DNA from: Vitrella brassicaformis CCMP3155
Taxonomy: Eukaryota; Protista; Chromerida
NCBI GenBank assembly: GCA_001179505.1
Contig: CDMY01000887.1
Span: 124,001-188,000, forward strand
Length of the DNA: 64,000 nt
Reading direction: 5' to 3'
Positions within the stretch are counted from its first letter, which is position 1. Each line of letters begins with the position of its first letter. The position numbers and the translations under genes were made by a program. Positions 51,001 to 64,000 of the stretch are shown piece after piece. A model generated the notes under the pieces. It worked only from the letters and a program-made list of their open reading frames with translations, was not told the origin of the DNA and ran no database searches.

Positions 51001-54000
51001 CATCAGCGGGAGCAGCAGCCGCAGCAAATAGTATCTCAGTGGGGTAAGCTCAAATGGCAACCAGCATTGAGGCCTCAGGTGGCGAAGGTCGAAATCAAAA
51101 AGCCCTCCTACAGAAACGCGCACACGTGCACGCAAACAGTATAGGCACCCATCTGCGGTTTTCATATGAGATATGTAGACCTGCAGCGATGAACGATGAT
51201 GTAGGGTCCGGCCACCTGCAAGCCGACAGATAGACGAGAGCACGCCTCCTTTCCGATGCTCAAGCTGCCTCTTACGCGACATTGAATGAGCCGAAGATGC
51301 CAATAGTCATGAGGTAGCGGACGGTCAGGGAGAAGACCTGCCCCATACTCTTGATAAGGCTGCCATCCGGTGTGCCACTAGCCCTGGTGACTCTGAACGA
51401 GCGAGACATGGCGACCGTGAGTAGATCCTGCTTGTGCTTTGGTTGAGTTGTACTAAATGCAGACCTGTTCACATATACATGGACCATGGCGAAGAGGGCC
51501 ATAAGTGGAAGCAAGACGAGAGCAGCCCAGGCCATTTGGATGCCTGCAGCTGTCTGGGGGCACGGCTCGCAGACGCCTGAGCACAGGCAGACATTTATAT
51601 ACTGACATGCTGATGATACAGCGAGTCAGCCATCTCACCAACGGCTTTTGAAAAGAATCGCGGCAGGCACCGACCGCATGCAATGCTCGTCTGGTCCACG
51701 CCTTCTCTGCAGGCAATTTCGTTCATTGAAGGTCCCTTCAGAGTTCGTGCTGACCTGCAGATTTTGGGGGCCATTGTGGCAGCCTTTGACGCATTCACCT
51801 TCTTGATCATTCGCACGTCAAGCGGCCCACCCGGACACGCAGTCCTGGGATGGCACGTATAGATGTCTGCCTTCCACCCTGAGGCGTTTGTTGGCACCCA
51901 TTCTCGAGTGTCGACCCAATGACCAAGGGAGACGAAGGGCAGGAGGTCGCTGCCGTCACAGTCCAATCCGTTTGGGCATGGCACACACTCCTTGAATCGC
52001 TCCTCATCTCTCAACTCAACCGGCTTCTCATACGTGCCCTGCAATAGGGGAGAATACACTCAAGCAGTGAGCTGGCCTCACCTTCTTTATCCTCTCTTAC
52101 CTGCGGGCAGATGCACCTCTCATCTGATCGTGCGCCGGGATATGGTGTCACACGTACTCCAGGACACTGCTTGCATTCTGATTACAGGAAGGACGAAGAG
52201 AGAAGCGGCACATATGCCAGATCCACACCCATCACAAACCTGATCGGCCAGGGCGATCTGAATTCAATTGACAGCAAGACAATGTGACAGCAAGACAGTG
52301 TGAATGGATGCAAAAAGATGATCTCTCTCACCTTGGTAGTAGCCCACTTCGCACCTGAACGAAGGAGACACAGGATTTTGCTTTACCGTCATCATGAAAG
52401 AGGCTCCCCTTTTTGGCTGACCGCTCGCATTGAATGCTGCCGGACGTGGCTGCAAATGTTCCGGGTTGGCACATCTTGCATGCTCGGCCTCCTTTCGTCT
52501 CACTGAAGGTGCCCTGGCACGGAACAATGTCCATGAATCAGTGATGTATCTCGAAGTTTCTGCGAGACTCACTCACAGGGGGGCATATCTCACAGTCGCC
52601 GTTGCTTGCCATCACGTAACCCTCCTCGCATTTCCCAAATGCGTTCAAGATCCCTAGCTCTGTAAGAAAAAGACAGGAATGAATCTTTCACACGAGAGAC
52701 TTTTGCGCTGTCCTTGCCTGTAAGTGTGAGCTGGGCGGAAGCGGAACAAGCAGGATGGAATCGCATCACCTCTGTATCCTCTTCTTTCATGTGTGCAGGC
52801 CTTTCTCGCGCCGACATTATCTTACCCGAGGCAAGTGATCATTTTGCGGCAGGGACCACCCTGAAGAGTACGGGCAAGAAACGCTGTGCCTCTATGTCTC
52901 GAAGGGAATTGTGTTGACCACCTGCATAGCTGCCTCTTCGTTTCGCCCAGTCTGCGACAGAGCCACTTTTGGCATCTGAGCTGTTCATGAAGAGGAGCGA
53001 CAAGGCCACTTTCATTGCCAGCCTCTCGGGCACGTGCGGCAGAGCCGACAACGTCCACTCTGACCCACCCAAGAGGACACCATTGATGATTGAATGGACA
53101 AGCAGAGGCCTGTATGTGTCCTTGTCACCTGGATAGAGATCGGTACTGATCAAATAAGGGAAATCAAGGTGTTTTCTCTCATGCAACAGCTTCACATCCT
53201 CGACATTAATGTTCCCCTCGGCCTCCATCGCCTCCAAAGTGCCCGTACGAATTGTGCCACAGTCGCACTTCCCAGCAAGCACCCCATACACAGTCTACAC
53301 GGCATGCCACGACCACTGCAGAGAACCGCCTTCTGTGTGTTGTGTTCTGTTTGTCACCTCGTCGTGAGTTCCAAAAAACTCCACCCTTGAAGCATCTTTA
53401 TACGGGTCAATGCCCTGCGCCACCCAGCCATCATCACCACGACACGGTTCTGGACTGGCTTAGACGTGATCCGTTCAGCTTGCTCCCACTTACCCGTCGG
53501 ATCATCTCGTGCAGGCCCACAATCCACCCTCCAAAACTTCGACGATGCACTCCACACACCACCCGGTCTGTTTACAGATAAGAGCTCACATAGTAGAGTA
53601 CTAGCAGCTCAATACAAGATAACCAGAGTTTGCGCACCCCTGCATTCTAGTATTGAGTCAACGGTGAGGTTGCGACGAGTGAAAAGGACAGTCCCGAATG
53701 AATTCAAATGGATGCCGAGACTAATGTGAGACACACAGCGATGTCAGCCAAGTGGTGTGTTATGTACATTGAAAGCAAGCGCACACTTCTTGCTTACCGA
53801 ACCTTTGTCACCGACAAAAGTGGGCGGGTGCTATACATCGTTTGGAACTCCACTAAAAATGAAAATGCACAATCTCCTTATTTCTTGCCGCCGTTGTGTC
53901 TCTCTGGCAGACCTGTCATGCCTGTACGTAGGGACATGCAATGTATCTGCGTCATCCTTGTGCAGCATTGCTGCCCACTCATGGCACCTGCCTGGATTGG

Positions 54001-56967
54001 TGAATACGAAGTCCATAGGTGGTACAGAGTCGCTTCCCGGCGCCTAATAAAAGCAAAGGGGTGACAGTCAGACACCATAGTGTGCGGCGAGAAGACGGGC
54101 ATACCGCTGCTTCATGGGCGATAGACACAGAGTGATACATTGCGTCAAAATCCAAAGCCACAAGAGAAAACTCGACATCGCACTCATCGCCGACGGCACT
54201 GTTAAGGTAATTGTGGAATGTCGCCCGCCACTGGTGCAGTACTTTCTCTTCGCCGCGAAAGGCTATCACGGCCACTGTGACCTGCCTTCTCTCCGTCTCG
54301 AAGCTTCCACCTGGATAAGCGTCGCGGACATCGTATGATATTGTGTGCTTTTCTCGCCTTACATTTTTCTCGGGTTGCACGCGACCTTTCTGTCGCCTCG
54401 AATGTCAGCTCTGTGCGTATGAGGCCGAGGCACAAAGGAGACATTTGACCGAAGGTATTCCGACTTGGCTGTCTTTCAGTCTCTATGGCGACGCGCGTTG
54501 GAGCCGTTTGGTAGCAATCAGTCCTGTTCTTAGAAGACGAAGCCAGGTCGCTTGTAGACACGACGGCTGGCACCGCGTAGGGAAGCAAGAAGGCGTCGGC
54601 AGAATCCACTTGGGTATCCGCACGCACATTGTATACGAGGCATTCTTGATCTTGGGCAGAATCCTTGAGGATGAAAAGGACTGCAAGAGACACGCACAGA
54701 TGGAATCCCGTGCGTGATTCGAGTGCCAAAAGAGGCCCACCAGGCAGCACACTCCCGCACGGATACAAATCAATAAAGCTCCTGATTGAGAGGTCAAGCT
54801 TCTCTCCCTGTTTGCGCTTGCACAGACGCCCCAGAGATCGTGTTGCGCTGAATTCGCGGCACCGTCTTGACGCATAGTCAGGGTCATCTTCATCGAGTCC
54901 CTCTCCGCTATATATATGAAGCCCTCTTTCTACGTCATAGCTTTCATCGATGCTGTGGAGGCCGTTCACCGTGAAGAGCGTCCCGCCGAAGGGGAATTGG
55001 GAGATCAAGAACTGAATCCCGAAAGGCCTCGAAGGTATAATATCGATGGCCCCGCTATGATCCTCTGCGATGTCGTCGTAGATAGGATATATGCTGCTTC
55101 TCAAGAGCACAAGAGTCTCCGCGGCTCTGTCAAAGATATGCCGAGGAGGATTCGGGCACGTTGACCTCTCGAGGTGTGCATCGAGGAGGTGTCCCGTGTG
55201 ACTAAAAGCTGTGTCTTCTTTTACTGGCAAGCCCCATTCAGAAAACGTTTGGGATACCCTTTCGAGCACCTTGAAGCCCCCGTCCGCGTGTAATGCGGTT
55301 GCAGCGTCCACGTCCAGATCGAAATCGATAAAGGCAAAGAGGTGTTTGATATGCCTGATACACATGTCGACACCACAGGACACAACGCACACACACACAC
55401 ACACACCGACACGAGCATGTACATCCATCGCGCTTCTCCCCCTTCTTTCTTAACCCCACCTTATGTACATGACATCCGCGCTGCTTCGTTTTCTTGCATT
55501 GTTGTCTTCGTCTGAGCCCACATCCTTCCAAGCCCTTACTCCTTCGTACTCGACGTCAAAAACGAATCCCTCATCTTGGGCTAATCGATATGATGCGGTC
55601 GCCTTTGTGTCGATTAAAGTGCCAGACACCACAGTATGGGAAACGCCAGATATCACAAAATTCGTTTCTGCGTCTTTGACGATAAGCCAATCCTCCTTTG
55701 CGGTCATGTCCTCGACTGCCCCCCATTCAAGGAGAAAGATCGGCAGGTGAGGGTCGGGAAGCCGATGATATCGGCCAAGAAACGCGATGGTCATGCGATC
55801 CGCGCTCCTGAAGCTCTTGACCGCTTCTAAAAGCGGGAAGGCTACCCGTTTCTCGAGATTGGGAATGACGCGTGTTGATTCTCGATCAGCCTTGTCGATT
55901 AATGCGAACAGCCAACCCAGCGAGATAGCTTCACTGCGGTCCGTAGTATTCCACAGCTGTGGATCACTAGAGCCGCCGGGTATCATGAGCTGGTTCTCGC
56001 GCGCCACGGTCCCATTTACAAGTATTGTGATGGAAAAGCTGCTGTCGTTGGACGGATGATTGGTGTCGTTTGTGTCCATCTTCTTGTCTTCCCGCATTTC
56101 CTCCGCTTCGGCTTGGCAAGCAAGGTGTGTCCAGGGGAAGGAAACTTCAAGAGAAGGATGATCACTGGACGAATTCCACGCAGCTCGTGTGGGGATGAAA
56201 GGTACGCACGCCGCAAAATGTTCCATCTTCTCGTACGTGCCGTTTTCCAAGGGAGGCTTTTGAGTCAGGGAAAACATACAGCATAGCTGCCAAGAAGATT
56301 GAGAGACAGATTGGTTGCTTCGTAGACTGCCCCGCAGCACCAGTGAGAGCCCTACAGACGGGAAAGGTAGCTCTTGACTCCTCGTAGACTGCATCTCCTC
56401 TGAATGCGTGCCGTCGATAGAGAGCAGGCCGAATAGAAACGATTCACAACCATCAGGCTTTTCCGGTTTGATGTAAAGCCGGTGCAATCGCACCCAGCTT
56501 CGAATTTTCATTCCAGCTGAAATCACCACACATACGGAACACACAGCAAAACCGATCCATTTTATCAGCCTTACCCTTGCTGGCATCCCGCTCTTCAGGA
56601 AGGATTGGAAGCGCAGGGAACGTCAGTTTGAGGTCCTTTGCTTTGGCTGACGATCTTCTCCCGCTGTTGCTTCTGTTGCTGCTATTCGTCGTCCGCTCCT
56701 CTGGACCTCTGTTTTTGTTGCTCACGCGCATGGAACTGAGCAACAGGGGATAAGCTGTGAGTGAATGTATGTGTCCTCTTTCGCTTACAGGCCTCTGTCG
56801 CCCGCCAAAAGAGCATATTTTTGATGGGGCTGAGCGGCTTGCTTACTGCGGGCGGCTGATCTCGAGAAGCGGGGAGCCCGAACCACCTTCGTGAAGAGCT
56901 GCCTGCTTGAAGCTGCAGCGGCCGGCGCAACAGATGCAAGGGCGGCAAACCAAAGCAAAACATCCAT
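48072..56967 (-). CDS. Large receptor-like membrane protein: signal peptide, unknown ectodomain, PhnD/TtrS-type substrate-binding domain, Cys-rich (GCC2/GCC3-like) repeats, multi-TM region, cytoplasmic tail
   Basis: Start MDVLLWFAALASVAPAAAAS (ATG 56967). Binding-domain motifs VAVIAFRGEEKVLHQW, DFVFTNPG, GTIRTGTLEAM and STDLYP|EWTLSALPHVPERLAMKVALSLL. Cys repeats CKMCQPGTFAATSGSIQCE and CVPCPNGLDCDG. Several TM exons at 49780-51540. A phase-2 splice links to the 48072-48797 frame. Confidence 0.72.
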
Positions 56968-57338
56968 CGTTTCAATCTGTTGAACTTCGTTCTTCCCAGG
57001 GGGCCGCTGCGTGGCCCCAAACACAGAGGGACTCGCTACGCTCGCCGCTCCCCGAAATGCATGCAAAGCCCCCCCAAGCTCGCATGCAAGCCCCCACAAG
57101 CAACCGAAGGAAGTGCTAGCTTGGCCCCAATTACGGACAAACACTTTGTTTCGTAAGAGCGTGCCACGCTCAGCAAGCTTCGCGAGTCCTGAATGATTGC
57201 TGGCCTGCCAGCAGGGGAATCGAGATCCGGAGTTCGCACCCCTCCTCACGATCGTCCAGATCCTTCACCTGCGTTCGTCCATCACCGCAGTCATCTCGAC
57301 GCAGGAGGGAAAGGTCTCCTTTCTTGCTGGCTGTGTCA

Positions 57339-60300
57339 ATGAGGCTTTTGGTTACGGCTCTTGCCGTAGCTTTTCAATTTGTGATCTTATCTGCATCGAC
57401 TGCAAGCCTCCTCACTGATATCTGTCCTGGCGACCCCACCGTAAGCAACCAATCAGCAGGCTGCCAGCAGTGGCGAACAATCTATCGGTATGGCCTGTCG
57501 TCGTCACCTTTGTGCATGAATTCTCTCGTTCAGGTCACGGTCGAGACATGCAGAGGCTTGGATTCAGTGTCAGATCCAGTCAGATTTGATGCGTCTTGCA
57601 TGTTGGAGCAGACAGGATGCGGGGCAGGAGGTCAGGACACACGACTGGACGCCCGTACATTCAAAGGCCATGTCTGTGTTGCGCGCCAACAGGACATCTC
57701 TGTTGCCGGTATTGCGGGACCAACGGCATTTCATGCACAGATCCGCCCGACTGCAACACAGGTACGAAACAAGCGCATGTAGCAAGCGAGGATTGATGTA
57801 TTGGGGCGGGGATCAGCTTGCATCGAGCTTGGGGTCGAATATGACTTGCCCATCCAACCGTCTCCTCCGCGCAAGCTCGGCACACCTGAAGGCACCGGGT
57901 TCACCACGAATGACAACAATGAGACGCACCTGGTCCTCCAGGTAAAGATACTCGACAAGACAACCAGCACACGTCAAAGCAGCACTACAGGCAACGACTA
58001 GCCACAATTCGACTGAACTGCGGAGGGCATGATTGTGTGCCATTAAAGGGGCTTCAATGGCTTTGTTCTTGTGTTGCTTTCAGTGTCAGAAACTGTGTGC
58101 TGAGGATGAGGAGTGCACTCATTTTAGCGTCATGGATATTGGACATATATGGCATAATGAAGAGGAAGAGGAAGAAGAAGGGAGCATTTATGAGCCGTCG
58201 TGCCATTTATTTGAGATACCGCCGGGCAGTGCAATCCTCAGGCTAGCGGATCAGGATTCTATCAGCGGGCCGCAAGATTGCTTTGGTAAGTGATTTGCCA
58301 GCGCAACTAATTGCCACTTGGGACTATTTTGTTGCTGCAGCGATAGAATCGGTGGTAACGAGCCCCGGCTGTGTACCTGCTTGCATGAATGGAAGCATCT
58401 CGGATTATGGTTACGTAAATGTCTCGTCGACAACTCGCGACAGCATGGCCCTGCCCGCAACGTCTGCCCGGGCGTGCTATGCCTGGTGCCGTCAACGCAG
58501 CGATTGCGACTATACCAACTATGACATCGTTCACCAGTCGTGCTTCTTACTCAAGGAGACTGCAGACACCGGTCTGGTCAGAATGGATGGCTTTGAGGCC
58601 GGTTGTCTCAACGAGAACTGCCGAAGTGAGAGAAAGCAAGTGTCTTGACAAAGAACAGCGCCTACTAGCTTCGAGCTTACTGTTGTAGGAGGGGTGGATC
58701 TGTATAAGGAGGGAAATCCGTCAACTTGGCCGCCACTGCTGAATCTATTCCACCAGAACACACACGAGATTCCGGAAAGGTCCCATCTTTCTGATGCGAA
58801 CTTTGGAACGTCCTCGCAGCCGAGTGCCCTTGAGACGGTTAGTCTTTCACGAGGATGTCGTGCTTGTGCAGTCATGAATTTCTGCTTTGCTCTGCAGCTT
58901 TGGGATGCCCAGAGTGACGAGTTCTGGGAAGGCAATAAGACTGGGAGCGAAGTCGACCACTTCACAATCCAATTTTCGAGCAAGGTCAGCATTGTTTGAT
59001 GAGGATGCAGTATGTTTGACTGAGGCTTAGATGAACATTTCAGACATACGTTGGCGGCATCGCGCTCTTCTTCGGCCAGAAAGCGCTTGTAGAGCGCAAC
59101 ATCCCCCCGCTGCTCTCGGGCAATTGGACGCCGCAACACATCACCGTGAAATACAAGAACGACGAAAACGACTGGGAAGAGATCCTGTCTGCCGATGGCA
59201 ACACACAGGTACGTGTGTATGAAGATAAACACCTTTGTGACGCAGAAAGGTCTGTGTCTCTTTGTTTGTAGATGATGTTTGAGCGACACTTCGCCCTTGT
59301 GCATTCCGACGAGTTCACGGTGCTCCTCGCCGTCTCTGGGTATTCTCACATATACTCTCTGCTTCTGATATGCTCCGGCAGGTCGAGATGGCCTCGACTC
59401 CAACTGAAGAACCATCACGGGTGTATGGGGTCCATTTGTATGGGGTTCCAGAAGGTCAGTCAACTGGCGGCAGGAATCTGTACTTTTTGCCTTGTTCGGT
59501 TGCGCTGTGCAGCCTGCTTCCACACTATGGGAGCCTTCAAGTGCGCAGAGCCTTTCACTCATGGGCCCTTTTCAGGTGGCCTGTCAGTCTGCAAAGACGC
59601 GTAAGGCTTACTCACAAAGGAAGATGCAACCTGCAAACCATGTGTGCACCGCTTTACAATTATCAGATGTGCGAGTGACAGCAGCTGTCTATGTGCGACA
59701 TTCACGATGACGTCCCAGTGCAATGTTGGAGGAGGCCCCTACGGCATGACGGCCGACATCATGTCTACAAGCTTCGTCAAGGGCCCCCCCTGTAACGTCC
59801 CAGAGACATCATTTGCCTTGCGTCCGTCCATTTCCTTTCTGTATGTGATTGATCAGTTTCTGAGGCGAGCTCCGTCGACATGATGTTGATTGCCAACCAG
59901 TCGGCACGCATTGGAGATACAGCGATATTCCAAGCGGCCTTTCTAGACGATCACCAGTGTCGTACAGTTGGCCCCGTGAACGAAACTGTCCGTTCTGCAG
60001 TCACAGAGGTGACCGTCGAGACGGCTCAGGCGTGGGGTGCCAAGACAGGTATGTCAGCAATGCCATCTCACTTTTCTGTGATTCTTTGCGTTTATGGCTT
60101 GTCAGACTACGTCGAATGCCCGAACTCTCAGATGCGATTCGCCCGCTGTGCCCTCCAGACTAGCAGCCAGTCAGCCTGTGAAGCTCTTGGGTGCTGCTGG
60201 GACGCCTCAGCCGACGATTGCTACTCTGTTGACCCATGTGCGGCTTCGCACTAGCCTGGATAGAGAAGCTCGTCTTAATTGTGTGCCTCAATGTTTTGCA

Positions 60301-63300
60301 GTGTGGGACCTCACGGGCACCTATCGCTTGACCAGCGAGGCCGGCAACGTGGAAATCGAAATAACTCACGATCGTGAAAACAACCTCATCATGTAGGATG
60401 GAAACAGAGTGATAATCGTTTGGATTTCATGTGAGTGTGTGTGCATTCAGAGGGCCTTCTGTCGAGCTAGGCGGGCTCTTCAATGCCATCCCGCTCAGTT
60501 ATGTCTCCTCAGATGTCTCGACCCCTTTGACCATGCGTGGTCTTGAGACGCCCGACACAGAGCTCCATCTCGTCCTGGATGCTGGCGGTGGGTACGTCAA
60601 GGCATCTAGAGCGGAGATGGAAGTCGAATACATGGGCCAAACGTATACTCTCACGAGGATGCTTAATGTCTCTGCGTGTAAGCATGAAGGAATACTATTT
60701 TGGGACGAGCATGTGTCGATTTTGTGTCCCAGCCGGCAGCCATGTCATCGGTGAGCTCGGGGACTTCTCCAGCCTAAAAGATGCGGCACAACAAGTATCA
60801 GTAGACACCAGCCTGTCCGACCCAGGTCCGTAAATGGCTCGTAGTGATGTGATACATGAGACAAAGGCCGATGGATAAGAATGACTCTCTCTCTCCTGGT
60901 GTCCTGTTCAGTTGTCTTCTACGGAGTGAGAGCACCCACACACACACACAGCACAGGAAGAACGACGTCATGCAAGCGTTGTGTGTATATTGGTAGGTGC
61001 ACAGACCAGCCAACTCAAAGGCTAATACTGGCTCGACTCGTCCCAGGACATTGGCTGTCCTGGGGCCGCACGCTGCAAAGAGTGCGCCGCCCCAGCAGAA
61101 CTGGCACTTCTTTGCAGCGGCGGAAGAACCCTCCTGTGCCACTCCGGATTGTGAGTGAGAAGAAAGGCTGTATATTTAGTCCATCTTTCTCTGTCTCTGC
61201 CTCTCGCTCTACGTGTGTGTGTGTGTGTGTGTCTGACGCCAGATGTGGGCACTAGGGTGCCTTGGATGATACTCGAAAAAGGAAGTTACCTACTGCCGAA
61301 TCCCGGCAGACACAAGATGGATATGATGCATGTAGGTGGCTGAACTACTGCTCTACCCTCATTCTCTTGTCTCACCTTGCCTCCCTGATTTTCCTTTCGC
61401 AGGTGGGAACATTCACCATTCCAGCGGACTATGTGATTGGTCAGACCGAGCACAAATACCAACATCCCGGCTGGCATCGTGTCGTCTTTCCTAAATCCTT
61501 CCCACTCACAAGCGAAGTAAATAGTGAAGAAAAATGTAGTCCCTGAGACGGCTGCCGTTTCTTTCTCAGGTCATCGTGATTGTGACTGTTCTGGCATACA
61601 CCCACAGCAACAACTATGTCGCAGCGCGGGTCAAAGACGTGTCTCCGTATGGCTTCTTGGCTTCCCTCGAGGATGACAGTAATACAATAGTTCTATGAGC
61701 GTACATAAATGTCTTCATCTACACACTCACAGGCCATGGGATAATGGACGACTTGAGAAGAAAAGGCGATATCACGATTGGCTATCTCGCCATTGAGTGG
61801 CCTGGAGACGTGTAAGCTGCCTTTGCGAGAAGATTGCTGCAATGGGACACCCATGCGAAATTTCTGGATCCAGAAAGGTTCCAGTGTCGATCGGCCGGCT
61901 GGTCGGGATGAAGCGAATGTATCCAGCAGATGGAGACGATGAAATGAGATTCGACTTCCCACGGCGCTTCGACAAGGACAAATGGTTTGGCTTCGCTTCC
62001 TACGGCACATACATGGAGGCGGTCTCGAAGACCATGAAAGGCCTTTCGACCACCGGGACACGCCTTTACCTTGAAAGTGCGCGAAAAGACGAAAGGCGCA
62101 TCCATTCACTATCAACTGCCTTTTGTGACCCCCTTTTGTCTCGGCAGCGAATGACAATCATGAGTGTTACAAGGTAATCTAAAACACGTGATTTGTCAAA
62201 ATGCACATGTACGCGACCGTGTGTCGCTTTGTACCTTTCAGGACCCGACGCCAATGGAGGACCCACAGGAATGGGGTAGACAGCATGTTGCGCACCAGTA
62301 GACAGCCCATCGAAAGGAAAGCAGACAAACGTCCCACCGGCACATTTCCCCCTTTGCCTGTTGACAGTGCACTACGCCATTTGGCAGGACCCGACAGCCT
62401 ACAACCCCTCTGACCGCTCTTTCCATGCCAAACCGTTTCATAGGTACGCACCCATCTGACCAGAATGAGGTCAAAAAGGGCTGCGTATTGATAGCCGAGA
62501 CGGACTCGAATTGACCGCTGATGCATTGCCCTGATGGATTTCTATGCTCATTCAGCATTCTGCGGCCTGTTACTGTGCCGGTGACCAATGGCACGGCCAC
62601 GGCGTCTGCACAGCTCTTCCAGGCCGGGCGCACAATGGCACGCGTCGCCAAGCCTGAGACACTGAGAGGAGACAGCATTCAATATGCAGACTGGTATCCA
62701 GGTCAGGTTTAGTCCAGGAGACACAGACATCAACTCTCTCAGAGTCTCGGTCTTGTGTTGTGTGCAGCAACACAAAGGGCGACCCAGATAGTGGTATGCG
62801 GAAAAAATGTCATGTCTGACGTGTTCCTGGCTGTCCTCCTGCCGTGTCCACAGATAAATACCATGTCTGTGCTCCCCGCTGACGGCTCGAACTTCACCGT
62901 GTACGTGATGTTCACGGACGCGTATGGCAATCTGGTTGATCGAGGGCCAGACGGCTGCACCGACTCGTGCGAAGCCGATATTACGGTTTCGAACCCTTCT
63001 TGTGTCCAATACTACAACGCGGAGGGGCTTCTCGATGGAAAGCTGAATCTTGAGATGGGCATCGGCATTGCTACCGTGCAGGGGATGAATACATGTGCCA
63101 ACAGCTTTACGGCGACCTTCTCTGTCCTTGGACCCGACGGTCTCGCTGCGGATCGCCAGCTCACCTTTGCAGGTGAGAGACATGATGGCTATCGCAGCTG
63201 CTGTGTTTGTCTGCATTCTCATTTGTCCTCCGCCAGAAACAGCCATGCAAATACACATTGACACCGACGTCTTCTTCGCCGGAAGTGTGAATGAGGGCAG

Positions 63301-64000
63301 AATCAAGGCCAAAAGCTACGGGGCAGACGGCCTTACGGATGAGTCTCCCAGTTCCGCTTTCTGTGAGACTCATCCACAAACACGCCCACGGAGAGGCACA
63401 AAGTTCTGTGTGTGTATGTGTGCATCAGCGGGGACTTTGCGGCTGCATGTGACTGGAGGGGCGAGCTTCAGTGAAAGTGACGAAGCTCTCAATTGGATGG
63501 ACATCTCGTTGGAGAGCGCCGTGGGGAGCTTCATCATTCACGCCCACCGACCCGGTGTGTGCCAGCTGACGATCGAGGACATCGGCTTATCCAATTACTA
63601 CATGATTCCGAAAGCCTTCCAAGTCATCCCCGGTTCTCCGATCCGGTTAAAAGTAAACGCGCCATCTAGTGCTGCAGTCGGAGAGGTGGTCAACATAGCG
63701 CTCTGTCTTCGCGATTCGAAGAACAACGATTATCACGGTGCGACGGGCAAGGTCATCATGAATCTCAAGTATGCAAGCGGCGCCCGATTTGTGGGAGGCG
63801 TGGACGCATCAAACTCGACAACGCTTTCCTTGGGTTGCGGCTCGTTCTCGATTCAAGGCGATGTCGACGGACAGAGAGTCACTGTGGAGCCTAAGTTTGG
63901 CTTGACAAACCTGGCCAGCACGGGCTACAATCTCGATGATATCACGATCGACACCGCAGACATATGGATCGGCACGCCGCCTTTGTATACGCAGGCCGCC
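57339..64000 (+). CDS. Large secreted/surface adhesin-like protein: PAN/apple x2, trefoil-like, H-type-lectin-like and Ig/invasin-like domains; 3'-partial
   Basis: Signal MRLLVTALAVAFQFVILSAS (ATG 57339). PAN-like CQKLCAEDEECTHFS and SARACYAWCRQRSDCDYTNYD...CFLLK; trefoil-like RFARCALQTSSQSACEALGCCWD; lectin-like HRVVFPKSF...AARVKDVSPYGF; Ig-like FTVYVMFTDAYGN and VNIALCLRDSKNN. The last exon is open to 64000. Confidence 0.72.

Noticed and set aside
1-64000. rRNA, tRNA, retrotransposon or DNA transposon genes
   Set aside because: I saw no recognisable rRNA or tRNA sequence and no RT, integrase or transposase motifs; small ncRNAs cannot be excluded by eye.

Overview
This is eukaryotic, intron-rich genomic DNA. 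It has GT-AG introns of roughly 60-150 nt, many filled with (GT)n, (CT)n, (CTGT)n or (GGAT)n microsatellites. An ApiAP2-like domain and an HPR protein point to a myzozoan alveolate, most likely a chromerid such as Vitrella (inference from style and gene content). I spliced exons by hand and can support about 11 loci: (1) a giant Ig/REJ/GPS surface protein (-), cut by the left edge; (2) an 18-exon, ~1,870-aa gene (-) joining SET-like, Tudor-like, AP2-like and chromo domains to an intact RluA-family pseudouridine synthase; (3) a divergent HPR/RAP-like RNA-binding protein (+); (4) a secreted SMP-30/gluconolactonase (+); (5) a BBE-like FAD oxidase, probably a pseudogene (-); (6) a tandem ACT-like protein (-); (7) a U-box/UIM protein (+); (8) a degenerate coiled-coil gene built from tandem exon-intron modules (+); (9) a GH81 beta-1,3-glucanase (-); (10) a multi-TM receptor-like protein with a bacterial TtrS/PhnD-type binding domain (-); (11) a PAN/trefoil/lectin/Ig adhesin-like protein (+), cut by the right edge. 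There are three ~300-N assembly gaps. I saw no rRNA, tRNA, CRISPR array or transposon. The standout is the chromatin-reader/AP2/pseudouridine-synthase fusion. All domain calls are by-eye motif recognition, not database results.
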